Shown in pieces: positions 1 to 13,412 of a stretch of 64,000 bases of DNA. A program made the position numbers and the translations under genes. The stretch is from NCBI RefSeq assembly GCF_018350175.1, contig NC_058368.1:93126001-93190000 (forward strand), read 5' to 3'. The stretch comes from Felis catus. Lineage: Eukaryota. The notes beneath the pieces were generated by a model that made no database searches, was not told where the DNA came from, and worked only from the letters and a program-made list of their open reading frames with translations. Within the stretch, counting starts at the first letter, position 1; every line of letters starts with the position of its first letter.

Positions 1-149
1 CAGTGTCATGTTGCTAACATAACTCAAAGGAGAATCCAATTGGGCTGTCATCCAAATAACAAAACACATTGTCATTTGGTAACTTTACCCATAAAAGAAT
101 CCATGGCTGGTTCAAGGAGAGTTCCAATTTTCAGTGGTTTTACGCACTT

Positions 150-348
150 AAAAAAATTTTTTTTAATGTTTATTTATTTTTGAGATGGGGGGGAGGGGCA
201 GAGAGAAAGGGAGACACAGAATCTGAAGCAGGCTCCAGGTTCTGAGTTGTCAACACAGAGCCTGATGTGGGACTCGAACCCACAAGCAGCAAGATCATGA
301 CCTGAGCTGAGGTCGGACGCTCAACCGACTGAGCCACCCAGGCACCCC
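150..348 (-). mobile_element. CAN SINE (SINEC_Fc-like)
   Basis: tRNA-derived head, CT tract and A tail. About 15-bp TSD tg(g/t)ttttac(g/t)cactt. Confidence 0.95.
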
Positions 349-1272
349 TGTTTTTACTCACTTTTGATTTTGGTTGCATACATAAAAGTAATCATGGTTC
401 AGTTGGTAAATACTTCCTAATAGCTCTGTCATTTCAATGTGCCTATTTATGTGTAAGGACAGTATTTACAAAATGTACGCATGGATTCCAGTTGCCTTGC
501 TATTTTCTAAGTCTTACCACCAGACACTATTGTGAGACTTTATTGCATTTGGAAGGTCCACATATAGTCTAGGTGATCTCAGCCACTCGATTGCAGATAT
601 CATGCTTTTGGCCTGGAGGTACCCCTTTAGAATGTCTTCTACTCTGCACAGCTTTCTCTCAACTCCGGAATTCGCTCTCCAAACTCATGAACATTGGTGA
701 ATGTTACAGAAAAGCACAAGGAGAGCCATAAATTCAGAGCTATTAGTCCACATATAATCCAAAATCGTAACAGATGTTTTGTGGATTTTGGATGCATTTC
801 ATACTGTACGGTTCGTATTGAGAGTCAAAAGAACTTTATTTTACCAAAAGAACTCTTCCCAAAAAGTCCCCTGTGTAATCCAAACAATTTTATCATGAAG
901 ATCATACCTTATAAATTTCATAAGAATTAACTGAATGCCACACTGAGGTAGAAAATTCCATTTAAAACCATATAGCCCATACATCTGCATATAAATCTTT
1001 TCAGCAACAACACCAAAAGCTGGGACAGGATCACAAATTAGAAGAACCAAGTTAGCACATTGAGGCAGATTTCCCCGCATTTCCTAAGCAGGTACTTAGT
1101 TTTATCTTAAGAAGGTAAGATGCCATTTCTTTAGATTTACTTTGGGACATCAATATTCCATATCCTACTTACTGAACAGACTATGATGTTAAAATCTGTG
1201 AGATTTGTACAGGTCTCCCAGGTTCAGTTGGGAGCCATTCCAGGTTGGTTTTATAATTTAATTAGTTTAGCT

Positions 1273-1464
1273 CAAGATCACTCAGCCTCAGCACCACTGA
1301 CCTTTGGGATTGGATAGTTCTCTGTTGTGCAGATGTCCTTGTACATTGTTGACTGGTTAGCGGCATCCTTGGTAGATGCCAGTAGCATTTTCTCTGATTT
1401 GTGACAACCAAAAAAATGTCTCTAGACATGGCTGGGACAAAATTGCCCACAGTGAGAACTGCTG
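1273..1464 (-). mobile_element. MER20-like hAT DNA transposon relic
   Basis: Blocks gtgacaaccaaaaaaatgtctctagacat, tagatgccagtagca and terminal tgagaactgctg match the reverse complement of MER20 as I recall it. Confidence 0.8.
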
Positions 1465-2368
1465 CTTTGGTTTGTTATTCCCCAAGGATTTGGAGCCTGG
1501 GACAGTCCTCATAGTGGATATTCTTCATATATACTGAAGTTATCATAATCTTCCTGGGAATAAAATGTAATTATTTAACAAAATATATAGCATACCTATT
1601 AGAGTTGCAGTTCGCCTAATATTGTTGGAGTTCTGTGTTAACTGCTGAGGCTATAGAACTGAAATACCAAACTCTAGGACTCAGGAAATTGTAAGTTTTT
1701 CTGGTACTCTTCCTTCAGCAAATCAGATATAAGAACTGTTTTTTTGTTTCCTGTACTTGGGGCAGAAAAATTGGCTTGTGTTCTTGCTTATGACCCCACC
1801 CCACCCCCAAGCCCATTCTTGGCCCCTTTTGGAGGACTGTGGATCTAGATGACTTCCATTTGTTTTTATGAATGGGACTCATTTCCCCAAGTGGATCATG
1901 TTTTCTGATCTTACAGCTCTTCTGTTACAAGTTCTTGTATACTTTAGCTTGACTCATTATCTATAGGGAATCTGTTTATAGAAAGCTTTTTCATAAGAAG
2001 TATTATTGTAAATTCAAAATTCATATTCTCCATGATGCTTTATTAATTCTCTTATTACGCCTCCTTAAAAGTTTAGCTACTTTGCAGTATTACTTCAGAC
2101 CAAGGCACTCCAAGAAGTCTTGCTGACACCTTGATTTTTATAGGCAAAATGTCATTAAGTGCAGGTACAAATGTTAAAACGTCATTAGAACCAAACATCA
2201 ATTTCTCATTTATGATACCCATTTCATTATTATAGTCAATACAATATATGAAAATAATAGCCCTTTTATAGTCCTCTTCAACTTAATGAGTACCATTTAC
2301 TTGGAACTTGATTCCATTTGGTTATTTATGGAATTTCTAAATGACCCTACTTTTAATTTTAAGTTTTT

Positions 2369-2576
2369 TTTTTTCAACGTTTATTTATTTTTGGGACAGA
2401 GAGAGACAGAGCATGAACGGGGGAGGGGCAGACAGAGAGGGAGACACAGAATCGAAACAGGCTCCAGGCTCTGAGCCATCAGCCCAGAGCCCGATGCGGG
2501 GCTCGAACTCACGGACCGCGAGATCGTGTCCTGGCTGAAGTCGGACGCTTAACCGACTGCGCCACCCAGGTGCCCC
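2369..2576 (-). mobile_element. Young felid CAN SINE
   Basis: CpG-rich body. Perfect TSD taattttaagttttt at 2354 and 2577. Confidence 0.97.
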
Positions 2577-2609
2577 TAATTTTAAGTTTTTAAATAAAAA
2601 TTCTAAAAT

Positions 2610-5600
2610 ACCAGAATAGTAGGGTCCTGAGCTCACCTCTTCCTATGGATATACCATGGCTACAACTACAGATAATACAACTGACTCTGAAAACGACCTG
2701 AACACTAACAGAACAGATCTTCCACAACTGAAGGCTTAAAAGAAAAAGGTACATGGAGAAGCAGCGAAGATGGACCTGAGAACCAAATTGCCTGCATGGC
2801 GACCCATAGGATGGATGGAGGTCGCAGGTACAGGGATCCTACCTAAGGCACAAAAGCAGCAAACATCACATAATGGGGCATCCCCTGTTACTGGGGACCT
2901 TCAACAGAAAGGTGAGTCCCTATACGTTCAGAATTCAAAAGTTGACAGGGCTTACCTCTGAAAGACATGGGGGCCTACAGGCCTCTGAGACTCTGCTCTT
3001 AAAGGGCCAGTGCACTGTATCTCTCAGTCCCTCTCAATCCAAGACCCAGCACAGACAACAGACTGGAAAGCACCTAGATTATACATGAAGGAAATTTATT
3101 GAATAATTTTAGGGTATGTGCTGGAGAGGCAAGAATGGGTAGGAACTTGTCCAGGAATGGAAGTGCTGGTGGATACAATTTTTTTTTTCTCTCTCCTGCA
3201 GCCTGGGTTGGCCAGACTTTGTAGGAGCCAATTTTGGTACTCTCCATCGTCCTTGCTAGCACTGTTCACCCCACCGCACCTGGCGAGCATTCCCCTGAAC
3301 CAACTACTGCCCTAGGGAGGGGGACCAGCCTCACCTGCCAGTAGGCCCAGAGCAGTCCAGCCCAGGCACAACAGGAGGGCACATGCAACCCACACAGCAG
3401 ATACCCCTGAAGTACCTGGTTCTGCTGACCAGGGTGGACTGCACAAGTGGGCCCCACAGGATACCTGACTTCTAAGACCAGGAGACTTAGCTGATCTACC
3501 TAATACATTGTAACAAACATGGAGAGTGAGACAAAATGAAGGCGCAGAGGAATATGTTCCAAAAGAAAGAGGTCCAGGAAGCACAGAGAACCCCACACAA
3601 GATGAATCCAAAGACATCCATACTGCAACACAAAATAATTAAAATGGCAAAAGTTAAACAGAGAATCTTAAAAGTAATGAGAGAAAAGCAACTGGTTATG
3701 TACAGGGGAAACTCCATAAAGCTATCAGCTGAGTTTTTAGCAGACTCTGCAGGTGAGAAGAGAGTGGCATGTGATCTATTAAAATTGCTGAAGGGAAAAA
3801 ACCTACAATCAAGAATATTGTACACAGCTAGTTTATTATTCAGAATTGAAGGAGACATAAAGAGTTTCCCAGACAAACAAAAGCTAAAGGAGTTCATTAC
3901 CACTCAATCATTCTTAAAAGAAATGTTAAAGGGACTTCTTTAAGTGGGAAAGAAGGGTCTTAACAAAATTATGAAACAAAAAAAATTTCACTGGCAAAAG
4001 CATATATGAAGTAAAGGTAGTGCATCAGTCACTTACAAATCTAGTATGAAGGGGAAAAGGCAAAAGTAGTAAAATCAGTTACATTATACAAAAATTAGTT
4101 AAGGGATACACAAAAGATGTAAAATATGATGTCATACACATAGAACATGAGTGGCAAATAGAAAGGTAGTGCTTTTAGAATGTCTGCGAACTTCAGCAAC
4201 CCTCAACTTAATATAGACTGTTATACACATTGGATATTACATATGCACTTTGTTGTAACCACAGGCCAAACACCAGTAAGTAATAAGTTTACACAAAAGA
4301 AACAGAATCCTAACACAAAACTACAGAAAGTTATCAAACCAGGAGAGATCAAGAGAAGAAAGAAACAGAAAAACTACAGAAACAACCAGAAAACAACAAA
4401 ATGGCAATAAGTTCATACCTGTCAACAATTACTTCAAATGAAAGTGGACTAAATGATCCAGTCAAAAGATACAAGGTGACTAAATAGATAGGAAAATAGG
4501 ACCCATCTCTGTGCTGCCTACAAGAGATTCACTTCAGACACAGGGACACATACAAACTGAGAGTGAAGGAATAGAAAAAGATATTGTACGCCAATGGAAG
4601 GTGAAAAAAATCTGGAGTAGCAATACTTATCTCAGGCAAAATAGACTTTAAACCAAGATTGTAACCAGAGACCAAGAAAGGTGCTACATAATGATAAAGG
4701 GATCAGGCCAACAGTCAGGATATGACAATTGTAAATATCTATATACCCAACCTAAATACATAAGCAAATATTAACAGACAAAAAAAGAAAAATTGACTGT
4801 AATACAATAATAGTAGGAGACTTTAACACTTCACTTACATCAATGGATAGATCATTCCAAACAGAATCAACCAGGAAACAGTGGCTTTGAATACACATTA
4901 GACCAGATGGACTTAACAGGTATATACACAACATTCCATCCCAAAACAGCAAGAATACATGTTCTTCTCAAGTGTGTATGGAACATTCTCCAGGAAAGAT
5001 CACATATTAGGCCACAAAACAAGGCTCAATAAATTTAAGAAGATTGAAATCATATCAAGCACCTTTTCCAGCCACAACACTATGAAACTAGAAATCAGTT
5101 ACAAGAAAAAAGCTGGAAAAATACGTGGAGGCTATACAACATGCTGCTAAATAACCAGTGGATCTATGAAGAAATAAAAGGGGAAATTAAAAAAAGTACC
5201 TTTAGACAAATGACAATGGAAATACAACAGTCCAAAGCATTAGGGATGCAGCAAAAGCATTTCTTAGAGGGCAATTCATAACAATACAGGCCTACTTCAA
5301 GAAACAAGAAAAATAATAAATACATAATTGAAACTTACATTTAAATAAACTAGAAAAAAAGAATAAATTATGCCCAAAGTTAGTAGAGGGAAAGAAATAA
5401 TAAAAATCAGAGCCAAAATAGAGACTAAAAAAGAATAGAAAGGATCAATGAAACTAAGAGCTGATTCACTGAAAAGGTAAAGAAAATTGATAAGATTTTA
5501 GCCAGAGTCTTCATGAAAAAAAAAAGAGCAAGGACTCAAGTATATAAAATCAGAAATGAAAGAGGAGAAATAATTAGCACCACAGAAATGAAAAGGATTA

Positions 5601-7356
5601 TGAGAGACTACTACAAAAAAATTATACACCAACAAATTGTACAATCTAGAAGAAATGGATAAATTCTTAGAAACATACCGTCTTCCAAGACTGAATCAGA
5701 AAGTCGAAAATCTGAACACACCAATTCCTAGTAATAAAACTCATCCCATACCAAACCCATGCCAACTACTACTACTAATAAACTGCCAACAAATGTCCAA
5801 GACCAAATGGCTTCACAGGTGAATTCTACCAAACATTTAAAGAAGAGCTAACACTTCTCCTTCTCACACTATCCCAAAAAGTTAGAAGATGAAAGAATGC
5901 TTCCACATTCATTCTACGAGGCCATCACTACCCTGATTCCAAAACTAAAGAAACTACAAAAAATAGAAAACTACAGACCAATATTCCTGATGAACATAGA
6001 TATAAAAATCCTCAGCAAAATATGAGCAAACCACATTCAACAATACATTAAAAGGATCATCCACCAACAAAATAAAAAGGCAATCTACTTACTGAATGGG
6101 AGAATACATTTGCAAATGATAGATATATCAATACGGGGTTAATATTCAAGATATTTAAAGAACTCCTACAACTCAACATCAAAAAGAACAAATAACTCAA
6201 TTAAAAAATGGATAGAGAGGGGTGTCTGGGTGGCTCAGTCAGTTAAGCTTCCGACTCTTAATTTTGGCTTAGGTCATGATCTCACAGTTTGTGAGTTCAA
6301 GTCCCACATCGGCCTCTGCACTGATAGTGCAGAGTCTGCTTGGGAATCTCTCCCCCACCCCGCCCCTCCCCCTCCCTTACTCATGCGCATGCACTCTCTC
6401 TGCTCTCTCTCTCTCTCAAAATAAATAAGCATTTTTAAAAAAAATGGATAGAGAACCTGAACAGAAATTTTCCAAAGAAGACATACAGATAACCAACAAG
6501 CACTTGAAAAGATGCTCAACATTCCGCATCATTAGGGAAATCCAAATCAAAACAGTATCAGAAAGACAATATATGACAAGTGTTGGCAAAGATGTGGAGA
6601 AAAGGGAACCCTTGTGCACTGTTGGTGGGAATGTAAACTGGTGCAGCCACTATGAAAAACAATATAGTCATTCCTAAAAAAAAAAAAAATTAAAAATAGA
6701 AATACTATATAACCCAGCTCTGGGTATTGAAGAGTAAAACACTAATTAGAAAGGGTATATAAACCCCTATATTTATTGCATTATTTAAAATAGTTAAGAT
6801 ATGGAAGCAATGTAAGTTTCAATCAATGGATGAATGGATAAAGAAGATGCAATACAGATACACACAATGGAATATTACTCAACCATAAAAAGAGTGAAAT
6901 GTTGCCGTTTGCAACGATATGGATGAAGCCAGAGAGTATAATGCTAAGTGAAATAAGTCAGACAAATACATATTCCATATGATTTCACTCATATGTGGAA
7001 GTTAAGAAACAAATGAATAAACAAAGTAAAAAAAAAAAGACACAGACTAAAAAAACCAAGCTTTTAAATACCCAGAACCAACTGATGGTTGCCAGAGAGG
7101 TGTGGGGTATGGGATGGGCAAAACAGTTGAAGGGGATTAAGACACACCAACTTCCAGTTATAAAATAAGCAAGTCACAGGGAGAAACAGTACAGCATCAG
7201 GAGTAGATTCCGTATTCTTGGAACAACTTTGTACAGTGATGTAAAGATGTAACTGTACTTAGACTGAGCATGTTGTAACATGTAGAACTGTCAAGTCACT
7301 ATGTTGTACACATGCAACTAGCGTCATGTTGTATGTCAACTACAATTTCAAAAGAG
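2610..7356 (+). mobile_element. Degenerate near-full-length LINE-1 (carnivore/L1MA-type) with internal deletions
   Basis: 5'UTR-like start, ORF1 remnant 3536-3943, ORF2 endonuclease remnants from about 4400, ORF2 C-terminus and 3'UTR to about 7350. Candidate TSD ttctaaaat at 2601 and 7357. Confidence 0.93.
6219..6438 (+). mobile_element. CAN SINE nested in the L1
   Basis: Perfect 16-bp TSD aaaaaatggatagaga at 6203 and 6439. Confidence 0.96.
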
Positions 7357-9536
7357 TTCTAAAATCTGAATAATCATTCATGAATGATTCTGGGACATAA
7401 GAGAGAAGAGAGTAAACAAGCACCTAAACACCATACATAGTTACCAAGACGAAGCTTAAAAATACAAGGTCAAGGGTGCTCCTTACTGCTGGAGAAAACT
7501 ACCACTATCCCCTGAAGCAGTGCGGCAGAATAAATCCTTTTTTTCTCATGGTCAACAGAGGTAATGATGATAGACATTCTGAAATCTGAATATGACTGTA
7601 AAAAAAAAAAAAAAAGCAGTGTGAGTGTTAAACGATTGATTATGCTTCTGAGAAGAAATGTAACTTTCCAAGCCTCCCATTGTGTTTCGTAACTGAACAG
7701 TTTCCATGAAAAATTATTCACTGTGCACAAGTTTTCAGAGGAACAATTTCACATAGAAATCGTTTCTCTGTTGGACAACATCAGCCACATGAAATACCAT
7801 GTGTGAAAGTACAGCACATTATGCCTTGCACAGTCTATTAAGGGAGATTGTTCTATGCAATTCCAAAAGTTTAACATGCCACTCTACAATTCAAAAGTGG
7901 CCACGTACCCAGAATAATCTAATGATTTCAAAATGAAATCATTAGCCTAAGGACAATAACCTGTCACTGGGCTTTTACTAAGATGGGACCAGCAACTTAA
8001 TAGATTTGCAATTTATCACCCTTCCAGAGATACTATAGCAAAGATACTGTGCTGTATCTTTTGGAAATATTACTCCTCAGTCGCATCTGAACCAAGAAGA
8101 AATCCTGGAGTTTGGCCCTCTGCACACTTTCATTTTGGAAGGAAACTTGAAAACAAGCAATTCTGAGAGCCCAGACGTAATTTTTAAAGTAGCTAGATGT
8201 ACCACAAAGGATAATTATACATATTAATGTCCACTGTGGGTGTTTCCAATCCTGTTAAGAATTCTCAATAAGATCCATAATAAGAACACCATTATGCAGT
8301 TATATAATTTTTTGTCCTACGTATCTCTTAACAAGCGAACAGAAATTCTGGAGGATTGAGTCTCTGGAGCTTTTACATGGTGCTTGGAGACACAGCCCCG
8401 TGGGTGAGAAAGCAAAGTGACTGGATCGCTTGACCTTGCCCTGTTCCAAAGCTATTGCACTCACCCAGCCCCAGGTATCTGCTCTCAAGAGGGCCTGGGC
8501 GGCATGTGGTCCTAGTGTCCAGGTTTAGAGGTGTTGTCTGTGTTTGTCCCCGGCAGCCTGGAGGCATTGCCCACAGCCTGTGAAGCAACATTTTACCCAT
8601 TTTACCACAGTTACAAGAACAAGAGGTGGAAAACTCTTGCTTCTTAAGTCAGAGGTTATGTCCCTTCTCTTAAATCTGATAAGAATGGAAGCATTGCACC
8701 AAAATAAGTCTCTGAAGGGAGAGGCAAGGAGAAACTGGACCAAACACACAAACAAAAAAAATCAATTAAACAACAATCAGAAGAGTCAAAAGCAAAGGAA
8801 AACTAGAAACAAAGTACTCTTTAAAACAGTGCTCTAATGTGTATCTGTATAGGTTTGAGCAAGGCAAAGTTTCAGTGAAAAGTCAGTCAGCTTTTAAGTG
8901 CTTTTGTGGTTTATCAAGTATTATTACACTTAAAAATATATTTTACCTTACGACCTCTGGCTTTAATATTTCATCACTACCTGTAAACGTCAGCAATAGA
9001 ACATTTCATGACTTTTTTTAACTGCAAAGGTGGTTTTAAGGCATCTGGGTAAGTACTATTATCTTTAATAGTATTATTGCTTTTAGGGCTTTTGTTTTCT
9101 CAACATAACTGATTATTATTATGCCTTTCAAAATGTTTCTGATGAAAGATTTTAATTGCAATGGAGCATGAGTCAGGCAGAGCAAATGTTCATGTTTTCC
9201 TTTTTTCCCTGGCTGTGGAGGAAGGGATGATGGGAGGGGAGAAGTTTCCTGCTAAGAAAGAACCTTCCCCTCACTCTCCTTGTTTCTTGACATTAGGAAA
9301 GTATTGCACAGAGTTGTTGGCTCATTAATTGGCACAAGAATCACTACAGCTACTAATTTTTGAGGGCTAGATCTGTGATCCCGCATAACAACCATCATGG
9401 GCTCTAGCATGATGTAGAGCCTATGGTAGACACTTCATAAATTTGAATTAGTAAATGGAAATTAGGGAAGACGTAGTTAGATCTTACGTCTCTTCTGTAA
9501 CCTGTATACCCTTCTTATCAAGAGGGTCCTTTGGTT

Positions 9537-9747
9537 GGGGCACCTGGGTAGCTCAGTCGTTTGGGCGTCTGACTTTGGCTCAGGTCATAATCTCACGATC
9601 TGTGAGTTCAAGCCCTGCATCAGGCTCTGTGCTGACAGCTCAGAGCCTGGAGCCTGTTTCAGATTCTGTGTCTCCCCCTCTCTCTCTGCCCCTCCCCTGC
9701 TCATGATGTCTCTCAAAAATAAATAAACATTAATTTTTTTTAAAAAA
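9537..9747 (+). mobile_element. CAN SINE
   Basis: Full body. TSD aaga(g/a)ggtcct(t/g)tggt. Confidence 0.95.
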
Positions 9748-9807
9748 AAGAAGGTCCTGTGGTCAATAAATATGTATCTGTGGCTCATGATTAGAATTTA
9801 TGATGCA

Positions 9808-10026
9808 GGGCACCTGGGTGGCTCAGTCGGTTGAGTGATTGCCTTCAACTCAGGTTATGATCTCATGGTACATGGGTTCAAACCCTGCATCAGGCTCTGT
9901 GCTGACAGCTCAGAGCCTGGGGCCTGCTTCAGATTCTGTGTCTCCCTCTCTCTCTGCCCTCCCCTGCTCATGCACTGTCTCTCTCTCTCTCAAAAATAAA
10001 TAATAAAAACACTAAAAAAAAAAAAA
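9808..10026 (+). mobile_element. CAN SINE
   Basis: Full body and A tail, degenerate TSD gaatt..tatgat. Confidence 0.95.
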
Positions 10027-11158
10027 GGAATTCTTATGATACAATGTATACACTATGGTACCAAATACTTAGCGCAACCTATGTCCGAAGCCCTGAGCTA
10101 GGGAGACACAAAGGTTAGTGACAATACCCCTGTCCCTTGAGAGTCTATAAATGCACTCGAAGGGCAGGACAGAGCTCTAGGTTTACACTGTTAGACGTCA
10201 CGGCAGCATTCTTAAGTACATAAGCAGAGGAAACTTTCCCTCCAAGTCAACTTTTCTTCTCCAGTTTCCCCTATAAGTTTTCTGTCATGGTCATGTAACA
10301 GTTCCCCATTGTTTGAGCTTGTGAAACACTGAGGTGCTTTCCACCCTGTCCCTTCCAACCCAAAGACAGACCAGAAAAACATATTCCAGACACATGTGAC
10401 CAGTAAGCAGAGAGCACATATTTCTACTTTTGGACACATGTCTTGTGACTGCTACTTTGAAAAAGCAGCACATGGGATGCTTCCAGAGTTTTCTTCCTGG
10501 GTTTCACCACCTATTAGAGAGTCAGAAAGGGAAATGTTTCAACATAAATGCCTGTGTTTCACAGTTTTTAAAAGCAGCTGTAGGGATTTCATTTTCAGAC
10601 GAGGAATCATGTTCATTTTTAGCCTGTCAACTACAATGAGCATTTTGTGCATGTGAAGCCTGCAACAAAGAACTTGGGGGTTTCACTCACCCCCATGAAT
10701 TTAGAAATTGAGGTTCCCTACTCCCCTTCAGCCATTCCCCTGCCATCCCAAAGAGGAAAAACAATCATATAAAATACACCGATGACAAGCAATGAATCGC
10801 CTTGTTCAAGATTTAAGGACTTGGGTCATTTGGCGTTTGCTGTGTGCGGATGGGAATCCAAAGTGAAATCAATTGTTTTGTTCTCTTGCAAACGTTACTA
10901 TGTTCAACTGCTGTGTTATGGTCCCACCTGTTTTTACCAAGTTTTCTAGCTTCCTCCTCTGTGTCTTGAGCTGATAAAATCAGGGAGGGGGCGGCCACCC
11001 AGCCCCCTTGCCTTTTTCCAGGTGGTAAAGCTGTTCAGAGAGCTGAGACCTCGCTTAACTGGCCCTTCTGCTTCCTAGTGTGGAAGGACCCTATTCCAAC
11101 CCCAGTCAGTGTTGGCCAGTAACTTCCCACCCCTCTCCCTTTAAAAGCAAGGTCCTCA

Positions 11159-11284
11159 GGGTGCCTGGGGGGCTCAAGTCAGTTGAGTGCTCCAATCTTG
11201 ATTTCAGCTCAGGTCATGATCTCACGGTTTGTGAGTATGAGCCCCATGTTGGGCTCTGTACTGACAGTATAGAACCTGCTTGGG

Positions 11285-11335
<51 letters not shown>

Positions 11336-11376
11336 AAACAAACAAACAAACTTTCATTTAAAAAATGAATAAAAAA
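11159..11376 (+). mobile_element. CAN SINE with expanded (CT)n
   Basis: TSD taaaagcaa(g/t)gtcctca. Confidence 0.95.
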
Positions 11377-12973
11377 TAAAAGCAATGTCCTCAACCCTTA
11401 GCCACTTACATAGCATCCTTACCTCTGAAAAGAACATGAGGACCAAATGGAAAAGCATTCCCTACCCCTGTAAAGAAGAGAAATGTGTTTCCATGAGAAT
11501 GAAGAGCAAAGAATTTAACTGGAACACCTTTGAACTTCACTGCGGATAGTGGTGCTGTTTCTCAGATGCTCTGCTGGTGCTCAGCACCTGACGTTTCATT
11601 TTTCCACTGGCCTCAGAATGCATGCTCTCTGTGCAGGCTCTAATGAATATCCAGAGAAAGTGCATTATAGACCAAAGTCAGTGCTAAAAGCAGTTTTAGG
11701 AGAGCGTCGTTTTCTTCAAATGGGTTCTAGCAATTTCCCTCAAAAAGAAACCTTTTCAGCAGCGTGAAAAAGATTCACCGTCAGCTACCAAACCTGATGC
11801 TTTCGGTGCTCAGAGTAAAAAAATACAGATACCTCCTTGGGATCATAGTTGTCATGTAATTTTAAGACTCTTCCTTATTGAAAGTCTAAGGCCTGAAACA
11901 GACTTGAGTGATAATTCTCTGTACTCTTCTCATGTAGGGAAGAGAAAACTAAAGTCCTGCAAGGGTTAGCTCATCCCCTTGACTTCACTTGGTTAGTCCA
12001 AAGTCAAGAACTTAGAACCCTTTCTCAAGTCCAGTTCGTGGCTCTCTCTTCCCTACCACAGTGCCTTTCTTAAAAAGTGGTCTTCCTCCACCCAACCCCC
12101 CAGCAGCCTGCTCTTTGTGAAACAGCCTTTATCCATCACTCAAAAGAATTCAATGGGTCAATTTCTTAGAATAAGTCATTAACAACAAGCTTAAGGGGAA
12201 GCTCTGGGTCATCAGAACCTTTAGCGTGAGCAAGGAAGGACGAACTTGTCCATGGCTGGGCCTTTATCAATGTCCAGAAATTGATGAAGAGCTAATCACA
12301 AAAGTAAGTGCTTGAATATTACTAGGAAGTATTCATACCTTCCATCAACCACAGTAGGTCACAGCCGTGTCATTAAAACACTTGTATCATTTAGGTTTGT
12401 CCCGTCCGTTTGAAACGCAGTGTACTCAAATTAACCCACAAAATCATGACAACATAGACTGTCAGCTCATTAAAGCATGCTAACAGTTTGCTGAGTCACT
12501 CGGAAAGGGCAGAAGAATAGGTCTGCTTGGACACTGAGCAGTGGAAACATGCCCTTCCTGTAGTTCACAGCCCAAAATGCCAAGCAAGCTTGCAAAAGAC
12601 AAGATTCACCTTGGCCTTCTGGCATTTTGCCTCTCTCCAGGGAAATGGAGAACATGGGGAAAACAAATGGAATACAAGGTGCAGAATTCAGCACCTCTTC
12701 CAACCTCCCCCTGACCCCCCCTGCAATGTTGCCAGACAGGTTACAACCACCTCTTGCTTTTTAAAAGAACTGGTTGGATGAAAATGTTCCTGATGGGTAG
12801 AAGCCCAGAAAGAGATCAGTACCTCCCTAATATTTCAACCTAAATGTTGTGCCCAGACAGATAGAGGCACCTTTTAAAATGCACAGATTCAAGAAAAATA
12901 CTCTTTTGAGAAATAGTTACTAAACAGAGCTAGAACTTACCGTGATCTTTGGGATTAAGAATAGGACCCCTGG

Positions 12974-13200
12974 GGGGCACCTGGGGGCTCAGTCGGTTAA
13001 GCATCCAACTTCAGCTCCGGTCATGATCTCACAGTCTGTGAGTTCAAGCCCCGCATCAGGCTCTGTGCTGACAGCTCAGAGCCTGGAGCTTGCTTCAGAT
13101 TCTGTGTCTCCCTCTTTCTCTGCCCCTCCCCTGCTCATGCTCTGTCTGTCTCTGTCTCAAAAATAAATAAAAACTTAAAAAATATATATTAAAAAAAAAA
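12974..13200 (+). mobile_element. CAN SINE just upstream of the 128-nt KCNN2 exon
   Basis: Perfect 17-bp TSD aagaataggacccctgg at 12957 and 13201. Confidence 0.97.
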
Positions 13201-13280
13201 AAGAATAGGACCCCTGGCCATGTTGGCAAAGGATTCTGCTCTGGGAATTTATCAACTGCTTTGTTTGTTTGTTTTCTTAA

Positions 13281-13412
<132 letters not shown>

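Noticed and set aside
12928..12941. agctagaacttacc between AG and GT, resembling the upstream KCNN2 LELT codons
   Set aside because: It is 14 nt and not frame-preserving, with a weak donor (gtgatc) and no pyrimidine tract. Likely coincidence. The real upstream exon lies before this window.
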